A DNA stretch of 64,000 bases from Haliotis rubra. Its lineage: Eukaryota. The position numbers were made by a program, and so were the translations under genes. This document shows positions 1-13,429 of the stretch, piece by piece. Positions within the stretch are counted from its first letter, which is position 1, and each line of letters begins with the position of its first letter. Location: NCBI RefSeq assembly GCF_003918875.1, contig NW_025767190.1, forward strand, positions 4,898,001-4,962,000, in the 5' to 3' direction. The notes beneath the pieces were generated by a model. It was given only the letters and a program-made list of their open reading frames with translations. It searched no databases and was not told the DNA's origin.

Positions 1-2870
1 CAGCAACTAATTTTTGACATGGAACTGAGAAATGTTAGATAGCGATATTGTAAACTCCAAGTTGTTATTCAATATCTAATTTCTATACATAACGAGATGG
101 CAGATAAACATTGATTACACCATCCTTGTTATTGGACATAACACTGATGTCGTACTTGAGAGACTGGTTTCACCAAGAATGTAATGATACGTCATTATGA
201 AGCCATCCTCGATTAATCTGGGTATCACAATTTCCAAGTATTATGGTGTATATCCTGGACCCATTCACTGTTACAGTATCGTCCGACCCGTGAATTGATC
301 TTCAGTAACCCGTGCTTATCGTAGGAGGCAACTAACGGGATAGGGTGGTCAGGTTCGCTGACTTTGTTGACTGTTATCGTATCCCAGTTGTGTAGATCGA
401 TGTTCATGCTGTTGATCACTGGATTGTCTGGTCCATACTTGATTATTTACAGACCGCCGCCATATAGCTGGAATATTGCTGAGTGTGGCGTAAAACGTAA
501 CTCAACCACTCGCTTAGACTATCGTTCAAATGAGAAGACGCTAAAAATAGTGGTCCATTCAATTTGAATTGAACTTTCATTATTGCAACACACTGCGCTG
601 TACCCACATAAACTAGAACTGGCAACGTCTTTCAGACTTACATGTGTTTTCTACCCCCTTGCATTAATATTCATAGACACGTGTTTTCCTGTGAACTGTC
701 TACAATTTATTCCTGCTGGGCCTCGACCTTCAACTCTCATCCAGAGGCATTTCATTGGTTATTGATTCAAATAAATAAGAAAATTAATTGCCAAGTAAGT
801 AACAGCTGAGACGCAGTGGTGACGTCATTACCGAAAGAAAGTTACAGACATGGTAGCAATTCTCCCATGCTATTTATCATTATTCATTTGAGATGTAAAT
901 ACCAAGGGTTATCAAAGATGATAGTAGACCTGTTTGGCTATTTGTGTGCAAAAATCGGTATTGAAATGTTCTTGCTGTCTTTGCCGAGATTAAATACGAA
1001 ATTAATGAATCATAAAGGAATACCTTTCTGTCAGTATTTCAAGACATGGTACAATTTCGTTAGGTAAGAAACCAAATAGTTTTGTGTTACTCATAACAGA
1101 TACATTTAACTACAAGAAGTGAAAAATCTATGCGTCTTAGATCTAGGACAACAGTATTATCCGTCCCTTATAATTATTTTAGCAAAGCAACCAATGCACG
1201 TTTTCATACGCGACAAAATAGATCGGTGGTCAAACACGGTGTCATCGTGACCCAAAGCCATGGGACGTTGGTCAATGCAGTGTAAATCAATCAATATCAC
1301 GTCTGGACCGAACTCCTTACTTACAGGCTATCGTCAAATAAATGCGGATTTAAGTTGACAAACAGCAAAGAAATCACTCCTCGGACATTTTCATATACTC
1401 CACTTTTTTGTTTCAAGACGAGCACAATTAAACATTGTTCAATCTGTCTCCTGGAAGACAGATCCACTGATCTGCCATGTTGGGAAGGGGTGAGAATCGA
1501 CCATTTGATAGACGAAGTTCCGAACCCAAGAGATTTATATGACACACAGAATCAATGAACACATGTCACTTATAAGCCTCCCATTTTATGAATAGTGACA
1601 ATATTATGATACGTCCCTTTATTAACATCCCTTTTCCTAGTGATGTCTCGATTGTTTTACAGCCTTACTTTGAAATGAGGATTCTGGCTACGCACGTACA
1701 TGTCTGGTACACCGAAGCGTTATTCTGAAGCAAAGAATGCTCGGAATACTGTCTATAGTATTATTTACTTGTGTAGTTCCTGCCTGAACAAATGTTATTG
1801 GGTTTGGGGACATTGAAAAACATATTACTTCACGAAAGTTGTATTTTATAACTCCTCCAAGTCTGATTATCTGTCTGGTTTTAAGACCTGGCAATACAGT
1901 CCATTGTCCCTTGGTAACACAACGATACCATTGTCTGGGAACTGAACAAACAGGGCTTTAACAATCAACTGTGTGATACAATATGCCCACTCTCTAGCTT
2001 GCAAGTATCAGCTGATCCTACTTTGTAATCCTTATATATCGTAAATGTGAGATTAATACATCATCTTCTCCATAATCTACATTGCTGTGTCTTAGTCACA
2101 GTCAGTATCAGAAGGACGTGAGAGTTTATGTGAGACCAAACACACATTAAGACCAACCATCTGCCATGGTTTTATTAAACACAAACTTGCAGTCTGTATA
2201 TTACTGGTAAAAACATATTTATGATATAATCGGTTTCGGGAAGATATTTCATTTTATTATGGAACAAACTAAGTCGCTTTTGTATGAATAGATTCTGCAA
2301 GGCTGACGCATGTTTGATGTGTAGTCACGAACGGGATAAGATCTTTTCTATAATAATATTGTCACCAATAAACCGCAGTACATAGTGGCATCCATGTTTC
2401 CCAAGTCGTGGATTTTGATATATACGGTACACATCTCAGACACAGTTTATCATGTGATAGTGTCACGTAAGTGATATGAGACAGGTTACACAATCGTGCT
2501 ACAAGGTCACTTAAAAGGTGTTAAAATCGAGGGTTGTTTACCTTTTCCATTATCTAAATATGATATCGTTGATGCCATTTACAGTCAACCAAAACAGACC
2601 ACATCACAAAGATCTAAAGGTAAAATGTCTAAAAAAATTAATGAAACTATGCAACATTAAACTCATCCTGATTTCCTGATACACCGTAGTGTCATCGGAG
2701 ATGGTAACCAGGCATTTTTGCGATGTGTGTTCCTTCTTTCTAGTAAAGTCCCGCGGCCTTTCCACGTTCCACGTTCCACGTTCCACTTCCATCTCCACCG
2801 TGATGACTTGAAATGCCAGGCATATTGATTGTTTGTTAGTGCACATATGAATCTGGCATACCCAGTATGT
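1..2870 (+). pseudogene. Decayed intronless ORF-B, copy 1 (5' part outside window), family unknown
   Basis: Plus-strand protein-like stretches linked by stops and frameshifts, e.g. 816-1067 (..YQGLSKMIVDLFGYLCAKIGIEMFLLSLPRLNTKLMNHKGIPFCQYFKTWYNF) and ~1163-1300 (VPYNYFSKATNARFHTRQNRSVVKHGVIVTQSHGTLVNAV). Interrupted by a SINE at 286-510. Confidence 0.45.
286..510 (+). mobile_element. SINE-like retroelement, family C (ACCCGTGAA...TCTTCAGTAACCC...GGAATATTGCTGAGTG.GGCGTAAAAC tail)
   Basis: Homologous to the TSD-flanked copy at 44390-44633; shares the GGAATATTGCT...GGCGTAAAAC...CTCA 3' tail with the tRNA-derived SINEs. Confidence 0.85.
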
Positions 2871-4193
2871 ATCCCTAAGTAAGACAAAGAGTTTACGATT
2901 TTAACACATGCAAAGATAGCAATATCTATTGCTTACAATAAATTAGTTTCTCCCCAACTTGTTTCATTTGTAATTAGGGTAAAATCTATATGTGTTCGGG
3001 CAAATAGTTTGACAGTATACAAATAACAGTGTTCATTCCTATATAAGTTATCATTAAGTACATGTTGTACACATAGTCAGTACGTGTAGTAGCCATGCGT
3101 ATTTATGATCAGTTATTTAAAACATTTCAAATTTCACATATTCAAGCTGGTTTCTTTTGTTAATCTGTGATCAAATGAACTACAAGTCTGAGCATTAAAT
3201 AAATATGAACATCAAGTAAATACAAATTTATTTTCATATTACTGACTTTATATGTGTAATCCGTGTTGTGTGAACATGAAATATATACATTTGTATTTAT
3301 ATACAATCCTTCTTAACATGCGTCATCTTTTTTAATCATTATTCATACATTATTATCGCGTTCAATACCTGTTGTACTATTTTTATCGAGTTCCCAAGTT
3401 CCTATTACCTTTGCGTAGTATAAATATACATTTTTGAGAAGATCTCTTGAGATATGATCATACGAAACCTCTCAACAGACGTACTATTCTATTCTAGGCA
3501 ATAGGTTTTAATAAGAAACATGTTTTATCCCAAGCGTTAGGTTTTGATAATGAAACTGTTTTATCTCTGGCGTTAGCTTCTGTTGTACTGAGAATGAGGA
3601 TAGGATTACCTTTTTCTTGAAAACAACAATTTCTTGCAACAATTTAACCAACTCTGGCAAATGTCGCTTGAGAAGAGAAGAGTATAAAACCAGAATGAGA
3701 TTGGAAATGAAGCTAAAGAGTCGTCTATTCATATATGGTGCAGAATGAATTCTCGTTAAAGAAGGTGTTCTTAGAATGCTTTGTCTCCTAATTTATGTGA
3801 ATAATTTTCTTGACCTGTAAACACTTTATCACACTTGATCATAATAGAAAACGTATATTAGTTTAAATGATGTTCCTTAGTATCGGATTACAGTTAGAAC
3901 ACCAACACACTTAATAATATCATTGGCTGGCTGCTGGGAATGATATTCCACCACCCTCATCCCAACAACCCACGCTTTCTTTTCCACTGTTTGCCTACAC
4001 CGACGCTTTACTTATATATGGATTATACTATTTTTCCATATATCTTTGTTTCTATATTAGTACTGATTAGTTTATTGTAAATTGTGCTGACATTTGATTA
4101 TTTGTCTGTTTGAGATATCCCAAATTCCATGTGGTTTCGAAATGCAATCGTTCTGTTTAGTTATTCATTTTTTGACTTCTCACGTGTATTTAC

Positions 4194-7100
4194 ATGTGCA
4201 TACTTTCTCAACCCTCTTGGATAAAGAAGAGTCAGCTTCTCGCGGGAGAAGTGTTTCTTTAGCGAAAGCAACGTGTCAGATGAAAGGAAACAAAATTGAA
4301 GAGGCATTTCCTTCAGGAAAACACACACACGAATGTTGTAATGACAATAGTGAAGCTAAATGGAGCAACCTGGCTTTTAGATGATTTTAAGAACCTATTG
4401 GTAGAGTATAAATGAACTGCAGTACTGTTTTGACCGACCAGGAGGGGTACAAGCTATACAAAAGTTGGCCAAGTCAGAGCTACTGCCTAACCCAAGTCCA
4501 GAATCAGAGATCTAAGGTTAACAGAAAAGCAGGCAACGTAATCGTTAGAAGTCCTTGAGCTATTACATGTCCGCTTTGGGGATAAAACTAAGCACATGTC
4601 ATTGGCACATCAGAAACGTGCATGTACCGATTCATCTTTATTGAAGTAATACTTTCTGAGATGAGGACTTTCAAAGACTACCGCTGTTATTTATTATCTC
4701 CGAGTTAGAAATGGCTTATAATGAAGGCAAAGTGTACTAAAGCAGCGCATCCTGACGCATGAGTGACTGTTATGAAAACGTCAACTCGACCGTTTCCTCC
4801 TTGAAATATTCAAAGACAGTTGATTGAAGGCTAGTTTGATTGGACAGGGCATCTTTGTTGATAGTGTGCTTCGATGCTTTCAACGTCACTTTTCCAGATT
4901 TATATTCAAATGATTAATTACAGATTTACGATAACTGGCAGAATTAAAACGTCTTAGCCTCTTGGGTATTTAAACTCCTATCTCTGTCAGATGAAAGAAA
5001 ACAAAATGCAAACAAAATGGAAGAAGCATTTCCTTCAGGAAAACACACACGCGAATGTTGTAATGACAGTAGTGAAGCAAATGGGTTAACCTAGCTTTTA
5101 GATGATTTGAACAACCTATTGGTAGAGAATCCTTGAACTGCAGTAATGGTTTGACCGACCAAGAAGTGGTACAAGCTATACAAAAGTGGCCTATGTCAGA
5201 GATACTGCCTAATCCAAAGGTTAACAGAAAAGCAGAGAAGGCAAGAGGATATCTCAGAGGCTCATCTACAGATTATGAGATCTAAGGTTACCAGATAAGC
5301 ATTGAATGCAAGGGGATATCTCAGAGGCTCATCTACAGATTATGAAGGTGGTTTTCGAAGGAGTTTGCCCATTGGACAGCAAACTGTCGATCCACCTGGG
5401 AAGTAGAATATATCGACCCTACAAACACAAAGTAACAGTATATCGAACACAATTATATATATCTGCAACGTCCCAAGCTATTCACAAGAAGTGGTTCTAA
5501 CTGTTTATTGCGCCTAATAGTAGGATATCCTAAACTGTATTATCGGTTCTAAACAGCAGAAGAGAATGGTTACTCAACGGACGAAAATGGTTATTCGATT
5601 GTATATTACAACCTATATGGTCATAGTGTGAAGCAGATATGTCCACTACTTTGAACCTGTATGCATGAACCAAGTTTTGTGAATCAGTTTCATTAGTTGT
5701 TGTCATATTAACTTATAATACCAACCAGTAAAACCTATGAATATGTAATCCCCTACATCAACCACTGAGCACAAGGTCTATACGACGTCGATCCACATTT
5801 TGAAGAATGATGAAACGTTGTAACATATGTAAAATGTCCTGAATAAGGTTGGAGCAACTTTTGAAAGTTTAGCTGTACTCTCCCGGAGAACAATATCACA
5901 TTATTTTGGACTGGACTTCGAACTCATTCTGTTAACTTTTGCCACGTTTGACATCACTTCCAGATGGATTGCGTCATGGATTAACTTTAAAATGTAGAAC
6001 ATCTATGCACAAGATGTCTGTCAATCACCCCCTTCCCCCCTCCCCCAACACCTCCCAAAATAAATAGATAATGGAGATGAAAGGGCGTATGAGTCGATTC
6101 AATGGGGATTTAGAATACATTTGGGGAGTCATACTTGAGGAACACAATAATGGTTCAAATATCTACAAGTGGAAGCCCGTTTGTTTTACATGGACACCAC
6201 AAGGACACATGTTGGTACGATTTACAAATGAAGATATGCCTGTTGGTAAGGTTGTTTGCTGAATCATGTTTCAGGTGTTTTCACTGTGTGATAGTGAACC
6301 ATAGACACGTGCTTGTGATGTTGTCCAAATGAAAAAGAAGGACTCTGCTATTAGTAGAGATTTCTGATACTCTTGGAGCTGGTTGGTCTCCGTTACCTAC
6401 GTGACTTGATTTATGTTCCAAACAAATGGTATAAACCTGTTCCATGTTTTCCTAGCAATGCCTTTGTTGGGAATTTCACTCTTAGACTATATCACCGAGC
6501 AGCTTATTGGAACCTGGTGGGATGAGAATACAACACTTCTCATATGTGGAGGTTCATCAGGGAGTTGTACAATAAATGAATCTATCGGTTCAGAAGCTAT
6601 TAAATATAACATTGTGTTGATGATACCTTTGTCGGGTCAGACGTGTTTTAAAATGAGCTTTTAGTTTAACGAGTTTCAACACTTCATGATCGAAAGTGCG
6701 GAGTCTGTAATCGTCTCACCATCCGTGCTCTAATTTAAGAACAACTCAGCAAACCACTTGTTTACAGAGATAATACTTTCAATTCCAACACGCCAGGACT
6801 GGAGACCTTCCATGTCGTTGCTTTATAGTCTCAGTGGTGTCTATCCGTCTCGCTTTGACAGGAATTACCGATCTGCAAATGCATTTACACAGAAACTCTT
6901 GGGTACTATTCAATAGCACTCTTCGTACAGGAATAATTCCCCAATGCTGTGTTTTCGTGTTTTGAAAGTCTTACTGGTGTTTACGTGTACTTAAAGCATG
7001 AGGTCACTAAAACAATAAAACACCATTTTGATCCATCAATAGTAAGAACCTGTCCAATCTGGAGCTTCCCTTTTTCCAATTAAACGACGCCTGTCATCAG

Positions 7101-7298
7101 TATATTGCATTACAGGGATCGAGTGTCGATGGCATGGAAACTTTTATTTAAGTATCATATCTTGCTTCATTATCGCTTCACATCAATGTCAACCATGGCC
7201 TATGTGTGGAACATAGATCAAAGGTCATTCTCAGCTCAAGTGACTTTACAAATGTAACCTCAAGCAAATGAAAAAAATAAAACACATGTTCTCTCTAA
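4194..7298 (+). pseudogene. Decayed intronless ORF-A, copy 1, with internal duplication and a third-paralogue insert; family unknown
   Basis: One plus frame runs 6361-~7258 without frameshift (FLILLELVGLRYLRDLIYVPNKWYKPVPCFPSNAFVGNFTLRLYHRAAYWNLVG...STLHDRKCGVCNRLTIRALI...FPNAVFSCFESLTGVYVYLKHEVTK...ILHYRDRVSMAWKLLF) with about 11 internal stops; at least one is repaired in the 18.3-21.1 kb copy. Upstream: VLNKVGATFESLAVLSRRTISHYFGLDFELILLTFATFDITSRWIASWINF (~5836-5988). Confidence 0.5.
4267..5232 (+). repeat. Internal direct duplication (~260 bp: ~4267-4530 and ~4986-5232), also at ~18389-18643/19106-19352; absent from the 11.5 and 25.5 kb ORF-A copies
   Basis: TCAGATGAAAG..GCATTTCCTTCAGGAAAACACACAC..GGTTAACAGAAAAGCAG occurs twice, separated by ~450 bp of different sequence. 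Confidence 0.85.
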
Positions 7299-7420
7299 CA
7301 TTGATCTATTGTATTGATACGAGGACACATAACAGATATCTATTGTATCGAGAAGAAGACATCTAATAAATCTATGGTATCGACACGGGGCATGTAACAT
7401 ACATCTATTGCATGTACAAT
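7285..7420. repeat. Degenerate ~33-bp tandem repeat (4 copies) between ORF-A and ORF-B remnants
   Basis: Core ATCTATTGTAT(T/C)GA-like motif at 7304, 7338, 7370, 7403 (spacing 34, 32, 33); also at ~13340-13440 and ~21085-21215. Confidence 0.7.
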
Positions 7421-10270
7421 TGTAACAGAATTTTGCCTTGTCCTCTACTTTCGGTTGAAAGTAAAGTTTCTGAGCTCACTTGATTTAGATATAGGTTTGG
7501 CTTTCTCATGGACAGCATGTAATTTGAGGATGCGAAAGAAAGACAAGCAGTATGAATCCCCATGGGGGGGCACTCTCATTCATTGCTCATCTGTTTCGTC
7601 ATATATATGATTCCAATTTCAGCTCGGATCGACAATATGAAAACACTGGGGAAACTTACCAAGATCTACTCACGTTACAGAGATATTTATGATCTGATCT
7701 CATTCAGTAATGGTCAGTAACTACTTTGTGACATAGAACTGAGAAATGTTAGATAGCGATATTGTAAAACTCCAACTTGTTATTCAATATTTGATTTCTG
7801 TATATAACGAGATTGCAGATAAATATTCAGTACATCATCCTTGTTATTGGACATAACACCGACTTTCAGACTTACATGTGTTTTCTTTCCCCTTGCATTA
7901 ATACTTATAGACACATATTTTCGATCTGTAGGTTTTTTCCTGTAAAATGTGTCTATGCTCATTCCTGCTCGGCCTCGACTTTCAATTCTTACAAGAGGTA
8001 TTTGATTGGTTATTGATTCACATGAATGGGAATATAAATTGCCGAGTAAGTAACTGCTGAGACGCAGTGGTGACGTCATTACCGAAAACAGTTACAGAAA
8101 TGGTGGCAATTTCTCCCATGCTATTTATCATTATTGAATTGAGATATAAATACCAAGGGTTATCAAAGAGAATACCAGACTAGTTTGGCTATTTGTGTGC
8201 AAAATCGGTATTGAAATGTTCTTGCTGTCTTCGTCGAGATCAAATACGAAAGTAATGCATCATGAAGGACAGACTACCTTTGCGTTAGTATTTCAAGATA
8301 TGGTACAATTTCTCTTTTAGAAAAACAAACCGTCTTTTAACAGATACATTTAAGAACAAGAAGTGAAAATCTATGTGTCTTAAATCTAGAGCAATAGTGA
8401 GATCTGTCCCTTATAATCACCTCAGCAAAGCAGCTTATGCACGTTTTCATAAGCGACTAAATAGATCGGTGGTCAGACGCGGTGTCATCGTGACCCAAAG
8501 CCATGGGACGTTGGTCAATGCAATGTAAATCAATCAATATCATGTCTGGACCAGACTCCATTACAGGCTACCGTCACACAATTTCGGCGGTAAATGACAA
8601 ACAACAAACAAATCAGTCATTAGACGTTTTGATATTGTCAACCTGTATGTTTCAAGACGAGCACAATTAAACATTGTTCCATCTGTCTGGCGCAAGACAG
8701 ATCCACTACTGACCTGCCATGACGGGAAGAGGTGAGAATCGACCAGGTGATGGACGAGGTCACCCTACTCAGATCTATACTGACACACATAATCAGCGAA
8801 CACATGTTACTTATAGCCTCCCAGTCGGAGAATAATGACGATGTTATGATATGCCCCTCTATTAACATTTCCGGTCCCAGTAATGTCTCGATCTTTTAAC
8901 AACCATATCTTCAAAACGAACATTCTGGCTACACCGGGACAATAAACCTGTATTCTGAAGCCAACAATGCTCGGAATTCTCTCTGTAGTATTATTTACCT
9001 GTGTAGTTCCTGCCTGAACAAATGTTATTGGGTTTCGGGACATTGAAAAACACATTACTTCACGAAAGTTGTATTTTATTACTCCTCATAGTCTGATTAT
9101 CTGTCTGGTTTTAAGACCTGGCAATATAGTCCATTGTCCCTTGGTAACACAACGATAACATTGTCTGGGAACTGAACAAACAGGGCTTTAACAATCAACT
9201 GTGTGATACAATATGCCGACTCTCTAGCTTGCAAGTATCAGCTGATCCTACTTTGTAATCCTTATATATCGTAAATGTGAGATTAATACATCATCTTCTC
9301 CATAATCTACATTGCTGTGTCTTAGTCACAGTCAGTATCAGAAGGACGTGAGAGTTTATGTGAGACCAAACACACATTAAGACCAACCATCTGCCATGGT
9401 TTTATTAAACAATAACTTGCATTCTGTATATTACTCGTAAAAACATATTTATGATATAATCGGTTTCGGGAAGATATTTCATTTTATTATGGAACAAAGT
9501 AAGTCGCTTTTGTATGGATAGATTCTGCAAGGCTGACGTATGTTTGATGTGTAGTCACGAACAGGATAAGATCTTTTCTATAAAAATATTGTCACCAATA
9601 AACCACAGTACATAGTGGCATCCATGTTTCCCAAGTCCTCGTGGATTTTGATATATACGGTACACATCTCAGACACACTTTATCATGTGATAGTGTCACG
9701 TAAGTGATATGAGACAGGTTACACAATCGTGCTACAAGGTCACTTAAAAGGTGCTAAAATCAAGGGTTGTTTACCTTTTCCATTATCTTAATATGATATC
9801 GTTGATACAATTGACAGTCAACCAAAACAGACCACATCACAAAGATCTAAAGGTAAAGTGTCTAAAAAATTAATGAAACTATCCAACATTACACTCATCC
9901 TAATTTCCTGATACATCGTAGTGTCATCGGAGATGGTAACCAGGCGTATTTGCGATCCTGACATATAAATCATCTGTTTTAATCACTCCACTGTCTCGTG
10001 GCATTATGTCTACAATAGACAAACCAGTGTGAAGCACGTGAGAAATATATCAAGTTATTAATTGTGCAGTGTGTAATGTAATGCTGCACTACATACACGC
10101 CATACACTGTCATATGTCATCTGAAACCCCTTTGTTCCTTCTTTCTAGTCAAGTCCCGCGCCCTTTCCACGTTCCACGTTCCACTTCCATCTCCACCGTG
10201 ATGACTTGAAATGCCAGGCATATTGATTGTTTGCTAGTGCACATATGAATCTGGCATACCCAGTATGTAG
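7420..10270 (+). pseudogene. Decayed intronless ORF-B, copy 2 (type-B unit)
   Basis: e.g. ~8404-8722 SVPYNHLSKAAYARFHKRLNRSVVRRGVIVTQSHGTLVNA..VIRRFDIVNLYVSRRAQLNIVPSVWRKTDPLL. Differences from type-A copies in this frame include several synonymous or conservative changes (I/I, K/K, V/L, N/D, L/F) and a 3-nt indel. Confidence 0.45.
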
Positions 10271-11543
10271 CCCAAAGTAAGACAAAGAGTTTACGATTTT
10301 AACACATGCAAAGATAGCAATATCTATTACTTACAATAGATTAGTTTCTCCCCAACTTGTTTAATTTGTAATTAGGGTACAATACATATGTTTTCGGGCA
10401 AATAGTTTGATAGTATACAAATAACAGTGTTCATTTCTGTATAAGTTATCATTAAGTACATGTTGTACACAAAGTCAGTAAGTGTAGTAGCCATGCGTAT
10501 TTATGATCAGTTATTTAAAACATTTCAAATTTCACATATTCAAGCTGGTTTCTTTTGTTAATCTCTGATCAAATGAACTACAAGTCTGAGCATTAAATAA
10601 ATATGAACATCAAGTAAATACAAACCTATTTTCATATTACTGACTTTATATGTGTAATCCGTGTTGTGTGAACATCAGATATATACATTTGTATTTAAAT
10701 ACAATCCTTGTTAACATGCGTCATCTTTTTTAATCATTATTCATACATTATTATCGCGTTCAATACCTGTTGTACTATTTTTATCGAGTTCCCAAGTTCC
10801 CATTACCTTTGGGTGGTATAAATATACATTTGTGAGAAGATCCCCTGAGATATGATCATACGAAACCTCTCAACAGACGTACTATTCTATTCTAGGCAAT
10901 AGGTTTTAATTAGGAACACGTTTTATCCCGAGCGTTAAGTTTTGATAATGAAAGTGTTTTATCTCTGGCGTTAGCTTCTGTTGTACTGAGAATGAGGATA
11001 GGATTACATTTTTCTTGAAAACAACAATTTCTTGCAACAATTTAGCCAACTCTATTCATAAATGGCTTGAGAAGAAGCAGGAAACTTCAAATGAATTCCG
11101 TCGTTAAAGAAGGTGTTCTTAGAATGCTTTTTGTCTCCTAATTTATATGAATTATTTTCTTGACCTGTAAACACTTGATCACATTTGATCATAATAAAAA
11201 ACGTATTTTAGTTTAAATGCTGTTCCTTAGTATCGGATTACAGTTAGAACACCAACACACTTAATGATATCATTGGCTGGCTGCTGGGAATGATATTCCA
11301 CCACCCTCATCCCAACAACCCACGCTTTCTTTGCCACTGTTTGCCTACACCGACGCTTTACTTATATATGGATTATACTATTTTTCTATATATCTTTGTT
11401 TCTATATTAGTACTGATTAGTTTACTGTAAATTGTGCTGACATTTGATTATTTGTCTGTTTGACGTATCCCAAGTTCCATGTGGTTTCGAAATGCAATCG
11501 TTCTGTTTAGTTATTCATTTTTCTACTTCTCACGTGCATTTAC

Positions 11544-13348
11544 ATGTGCATACTTTCTCAACCCTCTTGGATAAAGAAGAGTCAGCTTCTCGTGGGAGAA
11601 GTGTTACTTTAGCGAAAGCAACGTGTCAGATGAAAGGAAACCAAATGGAAGAGGCATTTCCTTCAGGAAAACACACACACGAATGTTGTAATGACAATAA
11701 TGAAGCTAAATGGAGCAACCTGGCTTTTAGATGATTTTAAGAACCTATTGGTAGAGTATAAATGAACTGCAGTACTGTTTTGACCGACCAGGAGGGGTAT
11801 AAGCTATACAAAGGTGGCCTAAGTCAGAGCTACTGCCTAACCCAAAGTCCAGAATCAGAGATCTAAGGTTAACAGAAATGCAGAGAAGGCAAGGGGATAT
11901 CTCATAGGCTCATCTACAGATTATGAAGGAGGTTTTCAAAGGAATTGTCCATTGGACAGCAAACTGTCGATCCACCAGGGAAGTAGAATATATCGACCCT
12001 ACAAACACAAAGTAACAGTATATCGAACACAAACAATTATTATATCTGTAACACCCCAGACTATTCACAAGAAGTGGTTCTAGCTGTTTATTGAGCCAAA
12101 TAGTGGGATATCCTGAACTTCATTGTCGGTTCTAACCAGCAGAGGAGAAAGGTCCCTCAACGGACGAAATGGCTATTCGATTGTATATTACAACCTATAT
12201 GGTCATAGTATGTGGCAAAAAGTGACCATTACTTTGAACCTGTATGCATGAACAAGTTTTATGAATCAGTTTCACTAGTTGTTGTCATTTTAACTTATAC
12301 TACCAACCAGTGAAACCCATGAATATGTAATCCCCTACATCTTGTGTTCCACCACCGAGCAAAAGATCTATATGACGTTGATCCGCATTTTGTAGAATGG
12401 TCAAAAGTTGTAACATATGTAACTTTACATCACTTCCAGATAGATTGCGTAATGGATTAAACTTGAAAATGTAGGACATCTAAGCACATGAGGTCTGTCT
12501 TCTTTCAGCAATGTCTTTGTTGGAAATTTCGCTCTTAGACTATATCACCGAGCAGCTAATGTGGGAGCCTGGTGGGATGAGAACACTTCTAATATATGTA
12601 GATGTTCACAAGGGAGCTGTACAATAAATGAATCTATCGGTTTAGAAGCTATTAAATATAACATTGCGTTGATGATGTCTTTTTGTCGGCTTAGATGTGA
12701 TATAAAGTGAGCTTTAGCGATTTTCAACACTTCATGGTGGAAAGTGCGGAGTCTGTAATCGTCTCACCATCCGTGCTCTAATTTAAGAACAACTTAGCAA
12801 ACCACTTGTTTACAGAGATAATACTTTCAATTCCAACACGCCAGGACTGGAGACCTTCCATGTCGTTGCTTTATAGTCTCAGAGGTGTCTATCCGTCTCG
12901 CTTTGACGGGAATTACCGATCTGCAAATGACTTTACACAGAAACTCTATTCAATAGCACTCTCTTTGTACAGGAATAATTCCCCAATGCTGTGTTTTCAT
13001 GTTTTGAAAGCCTTACTGGTGTTTACATGTACTAAAAGCATTAGGTCAGTAAAACAATAAAACACCATTTTGATCCTTCAGTACTAAGAACCTGTCTAAC
13101 CTGGAGCTTCCCTTTATCCAATTAAACGACGCCCGTTCTAAGTATATTGCATTACAGGGATCGAGTGTCGATGGCATGGAAGTTTTTATTTGAGCATCAT
13201 ATTATGCTTCACATCAAGGTCAACCATGGCCTATGTGTGGAACATAGATCCAATTTCAATACATCAAAGGTCATTCTCAGCTCAAGTGATTTTACAAATG
13301 TACCGTCAAGCAAATGAAAAAGAAAACCACACGTTCTCGGACATCTAA
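11544..13348 (+). pseudogene. Decayed intronless ORF-A, copy 2 (internally deleted)
   Basis: Collinear with 4194-7298 but lacks the internal duplication and ~0.5 kb of the middle. Retains DPHFVEWSKVVTYV (~12380-12421) and a C-terminal ..STMAYVWNIDPISIHQRSFSAQVILQMYRQANEKENHTFSDI*. Confidence 0.45.
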
Positions 13349-13429
13349 CATTGATCTATTGTATTGATACGAGGACACATAACAGATATCTATTGTATCG
13401 ATAAGAAGACATCTAATAAATCTATGGTA

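Noticed and set aside
225-625. Recurrent short ORFs (MINSMNIDLH.., MLTVIVSQLC.., MDTPLRHIIL.., MLVSAWRSAL..)
   Set aside because: They are translations of SINE sequence; recurrence reflects repeat copies, not coding conservation.
1355-1558. RING finger suggested by KHCSICL
   Set aside because: Only one CxxC pair; the remaining C3HC4/C3H2C3 ligands are absent, and inter-copy substitutions favour a different frame here.
3508-3815. Minus-strand exon (TTTACAG|GTCAAG..AAAAAG|GTAATC) and 74-aa ORF
   Set aside because: The frame is not preserved among copies (2-nt indel, stops, deletion in the 11.1k and 25.1k copies, donor lost in the other copies); insufficient support.
6361-8780. Alternative genetic code or selenocysteine readthrough suggested by in-frame TGA/TAA shared between diverged copies (including a TAA/TAG swap)
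   Set aside because: All three stop codons and also frameshifts are shared, which is better explained by pseudogenisation plus homogenisation. No SECIS-like structure was identified.
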